Source: a virus. From it: DNA of 64,000 bases. The position numbers and the translations under genes are program-made. The stretch covers positions 1-64,000 of IMG/VR virus record IMGVR_UViG_3300045988_133686; one strand, written 5' to 3'. Positions 1-8,055 of the stretch are shown here, one piece after another (the first letter of the stretch is position 1; each line of letters begins with the position of its first letter). The notes beneath the pieces were generated by a model. That model worked only from the letters and a program-made list of their open reading frames with translations. It had not been told where the DNA came from and did not search any database.

Positions 1-289
1 GCACATGGCAATCATGCTTGCGCATTGTTTCCATCACCATGCACACGCCGCACCGATCATCCCCGCCGATGCCTTGCGAAGCGAACCAGACGCCGCCGTC
101 TGCACTGGTTTCGATTTTGGGTTTCCGTTCGTGAACTGTGTCCATATGGGCAACCAGCATCACGGGCACTGCGCCCGGCGAATAAATCCATCCGTCCCCA
201 GTCCGCACCTCTCGACCTGCTGCCCGCAACTCACTGATTAGTATGCCGCGCAATTCCTGCTGGTTGGCTTCAAAAACCTTCTCTCGCAT
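1..289 (-). CDS. metallopeptidase-like protein, N-terminal part (gene continues past the left edge)
   Basis: Absent from the ORF track because it has no stop in the window. Its ATG at 289-287 overlaps the TAA of the upstream gene (TAATG). The translation reads MREKVFEANQQELRGILISELRAAGREVRTGDGWIYSPGAVPVMLVAHMDTVHERK...SQGIGGDDRCGV. AHMDTV and GGDDRCG resemble metal-ligand motifs of M20/M28/M42-type aminopeptidases. Confidence 0.4.
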   Translation of the reverse strand, partial: MREKVFEANQQELRGILISELRAAGREVRTGDGWIYSPGAVPVMLVAHMDTVHERKPKIETSADGGVWFASQGIGGDDRCGVCMVMETMRKHDCHV

Positions 290-1797
290 TACGCAACCTC
301 CCTTTCGTGGGCACAGTGATCGCAAATCCAGTTTCCGTTTTCAAGTTCGGTTGCATCATCGAGTTGCACGTACTCGTTGCAATCCTCACAATACACTAAG
401 TGCTCGTCCGCACAATTCTGGCAATATGTTTCACCGTCCCGTGTGGTGATGGCTGCGTCTTCATCGACATACTCACCGCAGTGATTGCAAGCATAGTAGT
501 GATCCTCTAGACAGTGCTGGCATACCCAGCGATATTCATAATCACCGCCCACGTCTGTCATATCGTCTGCCACACACCATTCGCCGCAATCCTCGCACTC
601 CCGCGCGCAATCCAGGCAATAGTACTCCCCGTCGATCTCGGTAGCGTCTTCCGGGGCAATAATGCTCCCGCAATGAGCGCACACAAACTCGTGCGTCACC
701 TGATCCGCGTCCTCAATTTCAATTTCGTAATTCGCATCGAGGTAGTACCCTTCGTTGCCAATCACGGACACTGTACCGACTTGTTCGATGTCGCGCAGCG
801 TACTTGTCGAGATATGATACTGATTTGCGTATTCATAATCGCGGTAATGCAGGCTGTCGCAACATGTCATGAACGCATCTGCATCGAAGCAATCTCGCCG
901 CAACGACCACAGATTCGATTTCCCGTAGCAAGTCGCCAGCACGTCCTGCATAACCGCGCGGTAGTTGTCAATCAGATTCAGATTGTCGGTGTACGGGTAC
1001 ATACGGCTCTGCATCATAATTCCGTTATCGACATTGACCATGAACAACTGGCGCGTCAACCGCGGCGTGGTCGGTAGGTTACGCAAATCGTCCGGCAGCT
1101 TATCTACCGTATACAAAATCAAAGTCGATTCATCATTCGCATACGACAGCGTGCCCGCCTTGTAACATCCGCTGTAAGTCTCGCCGCCACGGGCGATGTC
1201 CGGGTTAATGATGTGGCACGACGCCCAGTTTGTCCCATAGCTCATCGTGAGAAAGTCGCAAGGATTCGCGGAAATAATAAGCGGATGCTCGATTTCGTAT
1301 TCCGAAAGTGCATCCGCCAGCTTTTCATATGCAGTTTTCAGTTTCAGATTGTGTTCCAGATCCTCGCCCATAGCCAGCAACGCCTGCCGGATAAACCTGC
1401 TCATCTTCTGCCCCGCCTTGGGCTTCAGACCGAGGTTGTACTTGTCCGACCATGCCCGGAATCTGATTTCGTGATCGGATGTGAGGAATCGGGTGTTCAT
1501 ATTATCCCAGTTGTAGATATCTGCCCACTCATCGCGGTGGTTGCTAGCGATCGCTAACGTGACCATGAGCATACTCATCTCATGCGGTGTCGCGCAGGGT
1601 TCCGTTTCCTTTACGGTCAGCACCACGGATTTGATTTCCTCATTCCAATTCGGATGCCGCCGCAGCAGGTTAACCAGATCGTTCTTCTTGTACTCGTTCA
1701 GATTTGCCTCGACGCCACCGCGCAGCCATTCCACTTTACAGAAGTCCAGCGTGTTAACGAATTGCCCGTAAAAGCTCATGCCAAGTTCGTTTGCCAT
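289..1797 (-). CDS. hypothetical protein with a C-terminal array of CxxC zinc-ribbon motifs
   Basis: 502-aa ORF with SD GAGGAGGA upstream of the ATG. The last ~130 aa carry eight CxxC motifs (CAHC, CLDC, CEDC, CQHC, CNHC, CQNC, CEDC, CDHC), enough for about four zinc ribbons. The N-terminal ~370 aa are not recognised. Confidence 0.75.
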   Translation of the reverse strand: MANELGMSFYGQFVNTLDFCKVEWLRGGVEANLNEYKKNDLVNLLRRHPNWNEEIKSVVLTVKETEPCATPHEMSMLMVTLAIASNHRDEWADIYNWDNMNTRFLTSDHEIRFRAWSDKYNLGLKPKAGQKMSRFIRQALLAMGEDLEHNLKLKTAYEKLADALSEYEIEHPLIISANPCDFLTMSYGTNWASCHIINPDIARGGETYSGCYKAGTLSYANDESTLILYTVDKLPDDLRNLPTTPRLTRQLFMVNVDNGIMMQSRMYPYTDNLNLIDNYRAVMQDVLATCYGKSNLWSLRRDCFDADAFMTCCDSLHYRDYEYANQYHISTSTLRDIEQVGTVSVIGNEGYYLDANYEIEIEDADQVTHEFVCAHCGSIIAPEDATEIDGEYYCLDCARECEDCGEWCVADDMTDVGGDYEYRWVCQHCLEDHYYACNHCGEYVDEDAAITTRDGETYCQNCADEHLVYCEDCNEYVQLDDATELENGNWICDHCAHEREVA

Positions 1798-1812
1798 TTC
1801 CTTTTCCTCCTC

Positions 1813-1998
1813 TCACAGCGTCGCCATGGCCGTGTGCCCGCTGCCCCAGTTGACCGTGACCACAGGGCTGCTCAGGTTGCCGACGATTCGAATTCCCTCG
1901 GCCGGGAAGAACGCGACGTGGGTTCCGTTTTCGTGATTGAAGATGACCTTCGCGGGGAAACGGGAACGGATTTTCATTTCAAAGCTGTTGGCAGACAT
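1813..1998 (-). CDS. hypothetical small protein
   Basis: I prefer the internal ATG at 1998 (MSANSFEMKIR...) because it follows AGGAGGTG at 5-nt spacing. The longer track ORF (to 2061) has no SD. Confidence 0.55.
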   Translation of the reverse strand: MSANSFEMKIRSRFPAKVIFNHENGTHVAFFPAEGIRIVGNLSSPVVTVNWGSGHTAMATL

Positions 1999-2101
1999 AG
2001 CTGCACCTCCTAAAATAATGATTTGATTGCCTTCTGGCACCGGCGCAGTTACCCGCGCCACGCTCCCGGCCTAAGCCCTTTTTATACTCGCCGGGACGAG
2101 T

Positions 2102-2479
2102 TTACAGATATTGATATCCATTTCCTAACCCAAGGTCAGCCACCCCCTGTACCCGCCGCATCGTGCCGCCGTCCTGCGGCGAATAGGTTACACGCCAGGT
2201 CTGGATATGGGATCCATTACAGGTTTCCCATTCCACTTTGCCATCCCGCACCGGCAGGCGATGGATTCCGCTTTCATAAAAGCCCAGGATGAAGTCCGTG
2301 GTTTCGTTTTCCGAAACGCATTTCATTAGGTATTCCGCATCGTAAATGATATCCGACGCATAACGGTCAGTGAGTTTCGCGGCCAGCCGCACCATGCGGT
2401 CGATGATGTCGGACACGTTCGAGCCGGGCGAGCGGATTTCGTCCATAGGGGAATAAGCATCCCGAATTTCAAATTTCAT
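2102..2479 (-). CDS. hypothetical protein
   Basis: 125-aa ORF, co-oriented and tightly packed with its neighbours, with balanced composition. Confidence 0.6.
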   Translation of the reverse strand: MKFEIRDAYSPMDEIRSPGSNVSDIIDRMVRLAAKLTDRYASDIIYDAEYLMKCVSENETTDFILGFYESGIHRLPVRDGKVEWETCNGSHIQTWRVTYSPQDGGTMRRVQGVADLGLGNGYQYL

Positions 2480-2654
2480 TTTCTAATTCCTCCTCATCCT
2501 CAAAGCTGAATCCGTCCGCCACACAGATCGCGTGACCTTCTATCACCGCATTCATCGCCGCATCCTCGACGGTGTACACCGTTGCATGATCCGGCACCTG
2601 CACCGTGCAGTAATACACTTTCGTGCGAGTTACCGTTACCGAAACCGATTTCAT
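2469..2654 (-). CDS. hypothetical small protein
   Basis: 61-aa ORF that overlaps the next gene by 11 nt, which suggests translational coupling. Confidence 0.5.
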   Translation of the reverse strand: MKSVSVTVTRTKVYYCTVQVPDHATVYTVEDAAMNAVIEGHAICVADGFSFEDEEELENEI

Positions 2655-2691
2655 TTTTCATTTCCTCCCTGCATTCACTTCGTTTGCGCTG

Positions 2692-2976
2692 TTATCTCGC
2701 CCGCACCGCCACGATTTTATCATCAAACTGCGTGCCTGTGCCTTGATCGTCGAGCGTGATTTCAAAGTTGTCGTACTGGCCGAACCAGTTTTGGGAATCC
2801 ATTTCCCAAGTGTTGCCGTCCGCATCCACGAAGGACGCAACGCCGCCCATGTCGCGCCACAGCACCACGTCGAGCGAGTAGGTGCGCGGCTCGGCATGGG
2901 AGCAGGACGAGACACCCGCCGCCAGCAAAAAGGCCGCAAGGCCGGTAATGACGGCGTTTTTCGGATTGAGTTTCAT
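2692..2976 (-). CDS. putative small lipoprotein
   Basis: The N-terminus MKLNPKNAVITGLAAFLLAAGVSSCSH has a signal peptide plus a lipobox-like AGVSS-C. Two overlapping alternative-frame ORFs look like composition artefacts. Confidence 0.6.
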   Translation of the reverse strand: MKLNPKNAVITGLAAFLLAAGVSSCSHAEPRTYSLDVVLWRDMGGVASFVDADGNTWEMDSQNWFGQYDNFEITLDDQGTGTQFDDKIVAVRAR

Positions 2977-3046
2977 AATTCGGTTCCTCCAATTCCGAGT
3001 TATTTCATCGGATTTAAGGGTAAAAAAAAAGAGAGCCGTTAAGCTC

Positions 3047-3418
3047 TCACTTTTTCAATCGGTACATATTTGCAAATCCGATTTCAAATTCCACTTCGTA
3101 AGTCTTTCTCGCCGTTTGCACGCCGATCGAATCGACGTATTGAAGCATATTGCAAAACGCTTCTTTGTCTTTGAAGGTCACGCCATTGGGAAATCGAATG
3201 GTGAATACACCCCAGCGTGTGACACGACGCTCCGCGCGCAACCGCCACACCCCGCCGTAGTCTTCCGTTTTTTTCTTCCAATATTCCAAAGCGTTTTGAT
3301 ACCTATCCCATTGTTCAGGATCAACTTCAAAATCCAAATCCGAATGGTCAAAGTACCCAGATTCGCGGGCAAGTTCTGCCAGCCAATCTGCGAACTTGTC
3401 CAGATCAGACTTAGGCAT
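3047..3418 (-). CDS. hypothetical protein
   Basis: 123-aa ORF, acidic and Trp-rich, in the same operon orientation. Confidence 0.6.
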   Translation of the reverse strand: MPKSDLDKFADWLAELARESGYFDHSDLDFEVDPEQWDRYQNALEYWKKKTEDYGGVWRLRAERRVTRWGVFTIRFPNGVTFKDKEAFCNMLQYVDSIGVQTARKTYEVEFEIGFANMYRLKK

Positions 3419-3419
3419 T

Positions 3420-3779
3420 TCACTTCACCTCCCGCAGCACATTCCGAATCAAAACCTGAATTCGTATCTCATCCTCGCCTTCAACCGGCATGACCTGGAA
3501 CCCATCTGCCGCGAGCACAGCCTCCCGCAATCCCGCGATATTCTCGAAGGTGATGCCAGGCGTCTCGAACCAAAATTCGATATCGCAATCGCATTCGATG
3601 ATATGGGTGTCGAGTTCCCATTTCTGGCACAGCTCGCACCAGTAGGAGAGTATCCGCACATATGCGTCGAATCGTTCCTCATTGACTTCGAGCCGCAAAT
3701 TGTTCTTGCATATATCTTCCAGCCCGGCATGCAGTTTCGATTTCCATTTCTGACTTATGATTGCTATCACCCCCGCCAT
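3420..3779 (-). CDS. hypothetical protein
   Basis: 119-aa ORF that ends 1 nt before the next start. It has no SD; a 13-bp GC hairpin lies 11 nt upstream of the ATG. Confidence 0.5.
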   Translation of the reverse strand: MAGVIAIISQKWKSKLHAGLEDICKNNLRLEVNEERFDAYVRILSYWCELCQKWELDTHIIECDCDIEFWFETPGITFENIAGLREAVLAADGFQVMPVEGEDEIRIQVLIRNVLREVK

Positions 3780-3790
3780 GATGATGTCGC

Positions 3791-3823
3791 GGGCGCGGCG
3801 TTGTTCCTACCAACGCCGCGCCC
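3791..3823. promoter_or_regulatory. perfect 13-bp GC-rich hairpin in the leader of the leftward operon
   Basis: GGGCGCGGCGTTG-ttcctac-CAACGCCGCGCCC, read directly. No U-run follows on either strand, so it is not a classical terminator. Confidence 0.5.
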
Positions 3824-3915
3824 CGGCACCGCGGCCGATTTCTCGTCATGAATGACCCTGCAACACCGCGCCGCGCGGCCAACGTCACATTCATTCTGAT
3901 ACTTTCGACTTTTAT

Positions 3916-3944
3916 ATTATATCACCGCACGGTGACATAATCAA
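3916..3944 (-). promoter_or_regulatory. sigma-70/sigma-A-type promoter with an operator palindrome in the spacer
   Basis: The minus strand reads TTGATT-17 bp-TATAAT with an extended -10 (TGATATAAT). The spacer contains the 14-bp palindrome TCACCGTGCGGTGA (3922-3935). Confidence 0.6.
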
Positions 3945-3977
3945 TATTGAATTTCCTGATCCAAGGTGACGCGCCGA

Positions 3978-4814
3978 TCAATCCTCGAAGGACATTTTAA
4001 CGAGGTTGGCGCCTTCCTTGCGAGCGCGGAACTCCTGCTTGTACTGCTGACCCTCGCACGCCGCGCTGAACATCTCTAGCACATACTGCGCAAAGCGCTG
4101 ATTTGCCAGCACGCGCACCGACTTTACGTCGCGGCCATGAGCGCTGATGCACGCATCCAGGAAAGCAATGTCACGAGCGTCTACGCCGCGCAGGAATCCG
4201 GCTGCCTTGTGATCGCCGATCGCGGCGGCCAGCAAGTCGCGCAGTGTCTTGGTGATCTGAGATTTAGAGGTCGAGACTGCAAGAGTTTCGTTGTCACCAC
4301 GGAAGAAGTTGGCGGGCAAGCGTACCTGCTCCGCATACTTCTGCGCAAGATCAGCATTGCCGATTTCAGCAAGCGCCCGCGCGCTGATCTGTAAGTATAG
4401 CTTGTACATGATGGTCTGCCAGTCACCCGCGCCGATGCCGCCGCAGAACTTGTCAAGCTCGACGGGATTGATCGTGATATCGGACGTGTTGAGACTGAGT
4501 TCATGACTGTTCTTGTCCTCGCGCACGGTCTTCTTCTGATAGGTCAGTGTTTTGATCGCCTCGATCATGCGCTGCACCTTGTTGTCGGACGAGCTGCGAA
4601 TCTTGATGAAAGCCGATTCCTTCAGCCCCGCGTTGACGTCCCGCAGCCACTCGCCGCGAATCTTCTCATCGACAGCCGTGATGCCGGCTTCGCCGAGTTT
4701 TTCGAGCATGGCGGATTCCTGCGGGATGTCGCGCTTGCTCTGGTGCATCAGTGCGAACAGAGTGTTGCGGAGGGTGATCTTAGTTTCGAGTTCGGAGATA
4801 GTCATATGTGCCAT
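3978..4814 (-). CDS. hypothetical protein (278 aa)
   Basis: I chose the start at 4814 (MAHMTISELETK...) because it follows GAAAGGAAGGTG. The track ORF extends 18 codons further without an SD. Function not recognised. Confidence 0.65.
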   Translation of the reverse strand: MAHMTISELETKITLRNTLFALMHQSKRDIPQESAMLEKLGEAGITAVDEKIRGEWLRDVNAGLKESAFIKIRSSSDNKVQRMIEAIKTLTYQKKTVREDKNSHELSLNTSDITINPVELDKFCGGIGAGDWQTIMYKLYLQISARALAEIGNADLAQKYAEQVRLPANFFRGDNETLAVSTSKSQITKTLRDLLAAAIGDHKAAGFLRGVDARDIAFLDACISAHGRDVKSVRVLANQRFAQYVLEMFSAACEGQQYKQEFRARKEGANLVKMSFED

Positions 4815-5432
4815 GATTAGCACCTTCCTTTCTACCCGATCGGCAGATGTCCGCCGATTTTTGGGCATAAAAAAGGGCCAGACGCGAACGCCCAGCCCGT
4901 AAAAGCTCGATTGTATGCAACAGCCCGCATGGCGAACCGCTGCGCAGGTTTTGCCGCGCCCGCATAGCGAACGCGCCCGATTTTATGCAATCTCGCTCAA
5001 CTATCCCGATTGTACTATGATGCGGAAGTGCTGAAGTTCCACCGTATCGCCGCATATTTTGACAGAGTCCGCCGGTGGTCAGGGAGTTACCCAAGCCGGG
5101 CTTGCGTTCTCTCAAACGCGGCACTCTCTCACGCAGAGTGTCCAGCGGCGGCGCTTATTTGCGCCGCTATTGGTCGTTGTGTTGTTGCGCGGTCATCCCC
5201 GCGTCCCGCCGCTGTTGCGGCTGCCTGCCGCCCGCGCCGGGTATATATATACCGTTGGCATTGTGCCTTCTGTTGCGTGTAATTTTATTCATTTTATAGG
5301 CATATTATTCATAAAATTGTATAAAAATTTTTTGAGAAATCCCACAATTCAGGCATAAAATAGCCGCATATACATAATATTCATACAGCAAAAAGAAGGA
5401 AACAACGCGCGGGCGGCGAATATATATAGTAA

Positions 5433-5486
5433 AGCAAGCGGGAGCTTGCTAATACAATAGCGGCGGGCGTTCCTACCGCCCGCCGC
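5433..5486 (+). promoter_or_regulatory. two leader hairpins upstream of the 5502 gene
   Basis: AGCAAGC-ggga-GCTTGCT (5433-5450) and GCGGCGGGCG-ttcctac-CGCCCGCCGC (5460-5486). The second ends 15 nt before the ATG. Confidence 0.45.
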
Positions 5487-5501
5487 GGGAAGAAGGACAT
5501 C

Positions 5502-6623
5502 ATGAAAACCCTGCACAATGTAAAACTTGCAACGACCCGCCGCATCACCAACAGCGCCCGCGCCCATGTTACACCGTCCCGCTACTATCATTATATACCT
5601 GCCGACGGCACCGCCCGCGCGCTGGAACTGAATGCACTTGCTAGCTTGTGCGCATACCTTGCAATCCGCGCCCGCGCCAGCACTAACCCGCGCAGCACCG
5701 CCGACATCCGCGCCCGCATGACTGCGTATCAGTACGACCTTGCCAACGTTGCACGCGCTGCATCCGCCCGCGCATCGTCCCGCGCTATTGCGTACCGTAT
5801 GATATCCGGCGCGATCCCCGCCGTCCGCGCGTATGCCGCGCAGCATCCCACGCACCGCAATGCCAGCGCTGCCGAAATCGCCGCAATCCGCGCCCGCATG
5901 GATGACATCGCAAACCTCCCCGCGTCGATCAATGCGGACGTTGATGATGTCATCGCCGCCGCTGCCGAATCACTGTTGAACAGCATCGCACCCGCGCACG
6001 GACGCGCCTGCATCATCACCCGCGCGGACACCCACAATGCAATATTGGCCTGCCGCCGCTACTTGTATGCCGTCGCACGCGGACGCGCGGCGGACGAATA
6101 CGATCCCGCCGCCGACATCCGCACGACGCGCGACGATGACCGCGCCGCGTATGCCCGCGACATCATCGCAACGGCCGCCCGTATCAGTCCCAACGCCGCC
6201 GCGCTGATTGATCGACTCTTGCAAGGCGACACCGTTTCAGACGCCGCCGACGCTTGTGAAATCAATCCCAGCACCGCCCGCGCTATCATTCACCGCATCC
6301 GCAAGGCAGCAACGCAGCACCCGGACGCGCGGCAACTGTTCGCGCTGCTTAATAATCCCGCGCACGTTGACGGCCTCCCGGATAGCGCCAGCATCACCGA
6401 TCATATTTTGCCGCCCGTCCCGCCGCGCATGGACTACACCGCACCGCGCCGCTGCACCGTACCGGACCCTGCCGCCGTGCGTGCTCTGGTAGTTGGCTGG
6501 ACATGTGGCACAGCGGACGTCGCCGGATGCGACTACTTTCCGTTTGATGTCGCGCCGCATCCGATCGACACAGAAGAGTATGCGGCGCTCAAGCACGGCA
6601 CGGATAGTTTGTGGATTAGATAG
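5502..6623 (+). CDS. Ala/Arg-rich protein with a sigma-70 region-4-like HTH
   Basis: 373-aa ORF in a locally GC-rich segment, with SD GAAGAAGGA. The segment LIDRLLQGDTVSDAADACEINPSTARAIIHRIRKAA looks like a region-4/LuxR-type HTH. A rho-independent terminator follows the gene. Confidence 0.5.
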   Translation: MKTLHNVKLATTRRITNSARAHVTPSRYYHYIPADGTARALELNALASLCAYLAIRARASTNPRSTADIRARMTAYQYDLANVARAASARASSRAIAYRMISGAIPAVRAYAAQHPTHRNASAAEIAAIRARMDDIANLPASINADVDDVIAAAAESLLNSIAPAHGRACIITRADTHNAILACRRYLYAVARGRAADEYDPAADIRTTRDDDRAAYARDIIATAARISPNAAALIDRLLQGDTVSDAADACEINPSTARAIIHRIRKAATQHPDARQLFALLNNPAHVDGLPDSASITDHILPPVPPRMDYTAPRRCTVPDPAAVRALVVGWTCGTADVAGCDYFPFDVAPHPIDTEEYAALKHGTDSLWIR

Positions 6624-6629
6624 TTTGAC

Positions 6630-6657
6630 GGCCAGCCGTAAAGGCTGGCCTTTTTTT
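6630..6657 (+). terminator. rho-independent terminator
   Basis: GGCCAGCC-gtaaa-GGCTGGCC followed by TTTTTTT. Confidence 0.8.
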
Positions 6658-6977
6658 GTGGATATGACTGTGTTAGTTGGATGATACAGTTTTTGTAACG
6701 CAGGCGTTATAATTGACCGCCGGTCATTTTGCACATCCGCGCAGCGCCTAGCCCGCCCGCCGTCCGTCCGGCGTTCCCGGCTGCATGGCACGCTGTCAAT
6801 GCAGGGTTTTTGTACTTTTCCGGCATTCAGGCGGGCTAGTAAAAACCGCGCAGCCGTTCCCATAAAATAATCCCGCGTAAACAGCTCCCCCTCACTCTCA
6901 AGCCGCTCCATCCCATCCCTCTCACACTTCTTCTCTCTCCTCTCAGAAATCCCACATTTCTCACAAATTCTCTCTTA

Positions 6978-7022
6978 TTTCATTTAATATCTTCTCATTT
7001 CATTCAATAAAATTTCATTCAA
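6978..7022. repeat. iteron-like direct repeats TTTCATT(CAA)
   Basis: TTTCATT occurs at 6978, 6998 and 7013. ATTTCATTCAA is exact at 6997-7007 and 7012-7022 (15-bp period) in an AT-rich stretch. Confidence 0.5.
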
Positions 7023-7038
7023 CTCAAGAAATCGTTTG

Positions 7039-7056
7039 ATTAACAACGTTGTTAAT
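7039..7056. promoter_or_regulatory. 18-bp perfect palindrome (candidate operator or protein-binding site)
   Basis: ATTAACAACGTTGTTAAT is its own reverse complement. Confidence 0.5.
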
Positions 7057-7067
7057 GTATGCCCGGC

Positions 7068-7400
7068 ATAAGGGAGGGAAGCACCTGCTCGGTTCTCCCC
7101 TCCCTCGTCGTTCGCTTAAACCCTCATGCTGGTCATGCTCACCGCATGGCGCTCACTCCTCACCCTCCTCTCTCCTTCGCTGCGGGGCTGCCCATAACAC
7201 ACAAAAGGTGCGGCGCTTCACAGCCCCTCCGCTCATGCTCACCGCGCGGCGGCGTGATAAGGGAGGTGAAGCATCCCCTCCCTCTGTCTTCGCTCGTAGA
7301 TACTGCCCGCCCTACTACACACCTCACCGACTCGCTACGCCATTCACCCACCCCTCTTGACGCGGGCTTGCCTATATCACCAAATTGAACACTCACCTTC
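7068..7400. repeat. C/T-rich imperfect duplication with GGGAGG...CCTCCC hairpins
   Basis: ATAAGGGAGG(G/T)GAAGCA...CCCCTCCCTC..TTCGCT occurs at 7068 and 7257. TCATGCTCACCGC is exact at 7133 and 7233. Confidence 0.5.
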
Positions 7401-7868
7401 CCGCCCGCTCACACTCACCACATGATAATAACATACTACTTCACTAGGTAATATCCCTAGAAAAATACCCTCTGCTCCGGTCGTTCCTCCGGGGCCTTTC
7501 TCATATTTCTGACCCAGCAGCAAGTAGGCCCCGCGTCACTTCAGTATCACCCTTTTGCTCTTTATAGGCTTTGCGCACTCGGCAGCGACCGGGTGCTTAC
7601 AGCGCAAGCAGCGTAAGCGAAGAGGGAGCGGTAATATAATGGGGTGTCTTTTCTTCCTAGGGACGGAGACGCCAGCTCCTTCGCCTTTGATGGGCTACGG
7701 GCTGGCGCTCCTGTGACAAATTTAACTAGATAAGGATTTAATATAATAAGATAAAAAACTGACCATGCTGTGTGGTGGTGTACACTCAAGGGGGTACGGT
7801 CCACATGATTCTAAGTTCTTCAACCCGCGAAAAGGTCACGGAATCCCAGCCCACAAAATCTTCTGGTG

Positions 7869-7877
7869 TGTTATAAT
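7869..7877 (+). promoter_or_regulatory. extended -10 promoter element
   Basis: TGTTATAAT lies about 40 nt upstream of the terminator at 7908-7934. Confidence 0.35.
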
Positions 7878-7907
7878 ATCCCCACCGAACAACAACTAGG
7901 GAACGAT

Positions 7908-7934
7908 GAAGGAGGCATCTACCTCCCCTTTTTG
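7908..7934 (+). terminator. rho-independent terminator inside the non-coding region
   Basis: GGAGG-catcta-CCTCC followed by CCTTTTTG. Confidence 0.65.
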
Positions 7935-7986
7935 TGTTATGGGCTTTTTCGGAATGTGACCGAGCAAATAGAACAAGGAGGGTATT

Positions 7987-8055
7987 ATGTTTATTTCGGA
8001 TCAGATCAAATCAAGCAAAGAATTTAAGCCCGGCTACCCGCTGAGTACGGCATGA
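7987..8055 (+). pseudogene. 22-codon mini-ORF resembling the helicase N-terminus (relic 5' end)
   Basis: SD AAGGAGGG followed by ATG. MFISDQIKSSKEFKPGYPLSTA aligns with the helicase start MYISDLITGHESFRPHAFNLIT (M-aromatic-ISD-x-I...F-(K/R)-P). Confidence 0.4.

Noticed and set aside
5349-6289. Several minus-strand ORFs (168, 102, 84 and 76 aa) inside the GC-rich 5502..6623 gene.
   Set aside because: They are Ala/Arg/Gly-rich mirror-frame products of an alanine-rich gene, and none has an SD.
6237-6911. 224-aa minus-strand ORF reaching into the non-coding region.
   Set aside because: It would read straight through the terminator at 6630-6657 and overlaps the end of the 5502 gene. The SD-like purine runs are ubiquitous on this strand because the plus strand is C/T-rich.
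7049-7396. Three overlapping ORFs (103, 109 and 78 aa) in the C/T-rich duplicated region.
   Set aside because: Their products are implausible low-complexity Pro/Ser/His/Arg-rich sequences. They have no SD and they overlap one another.
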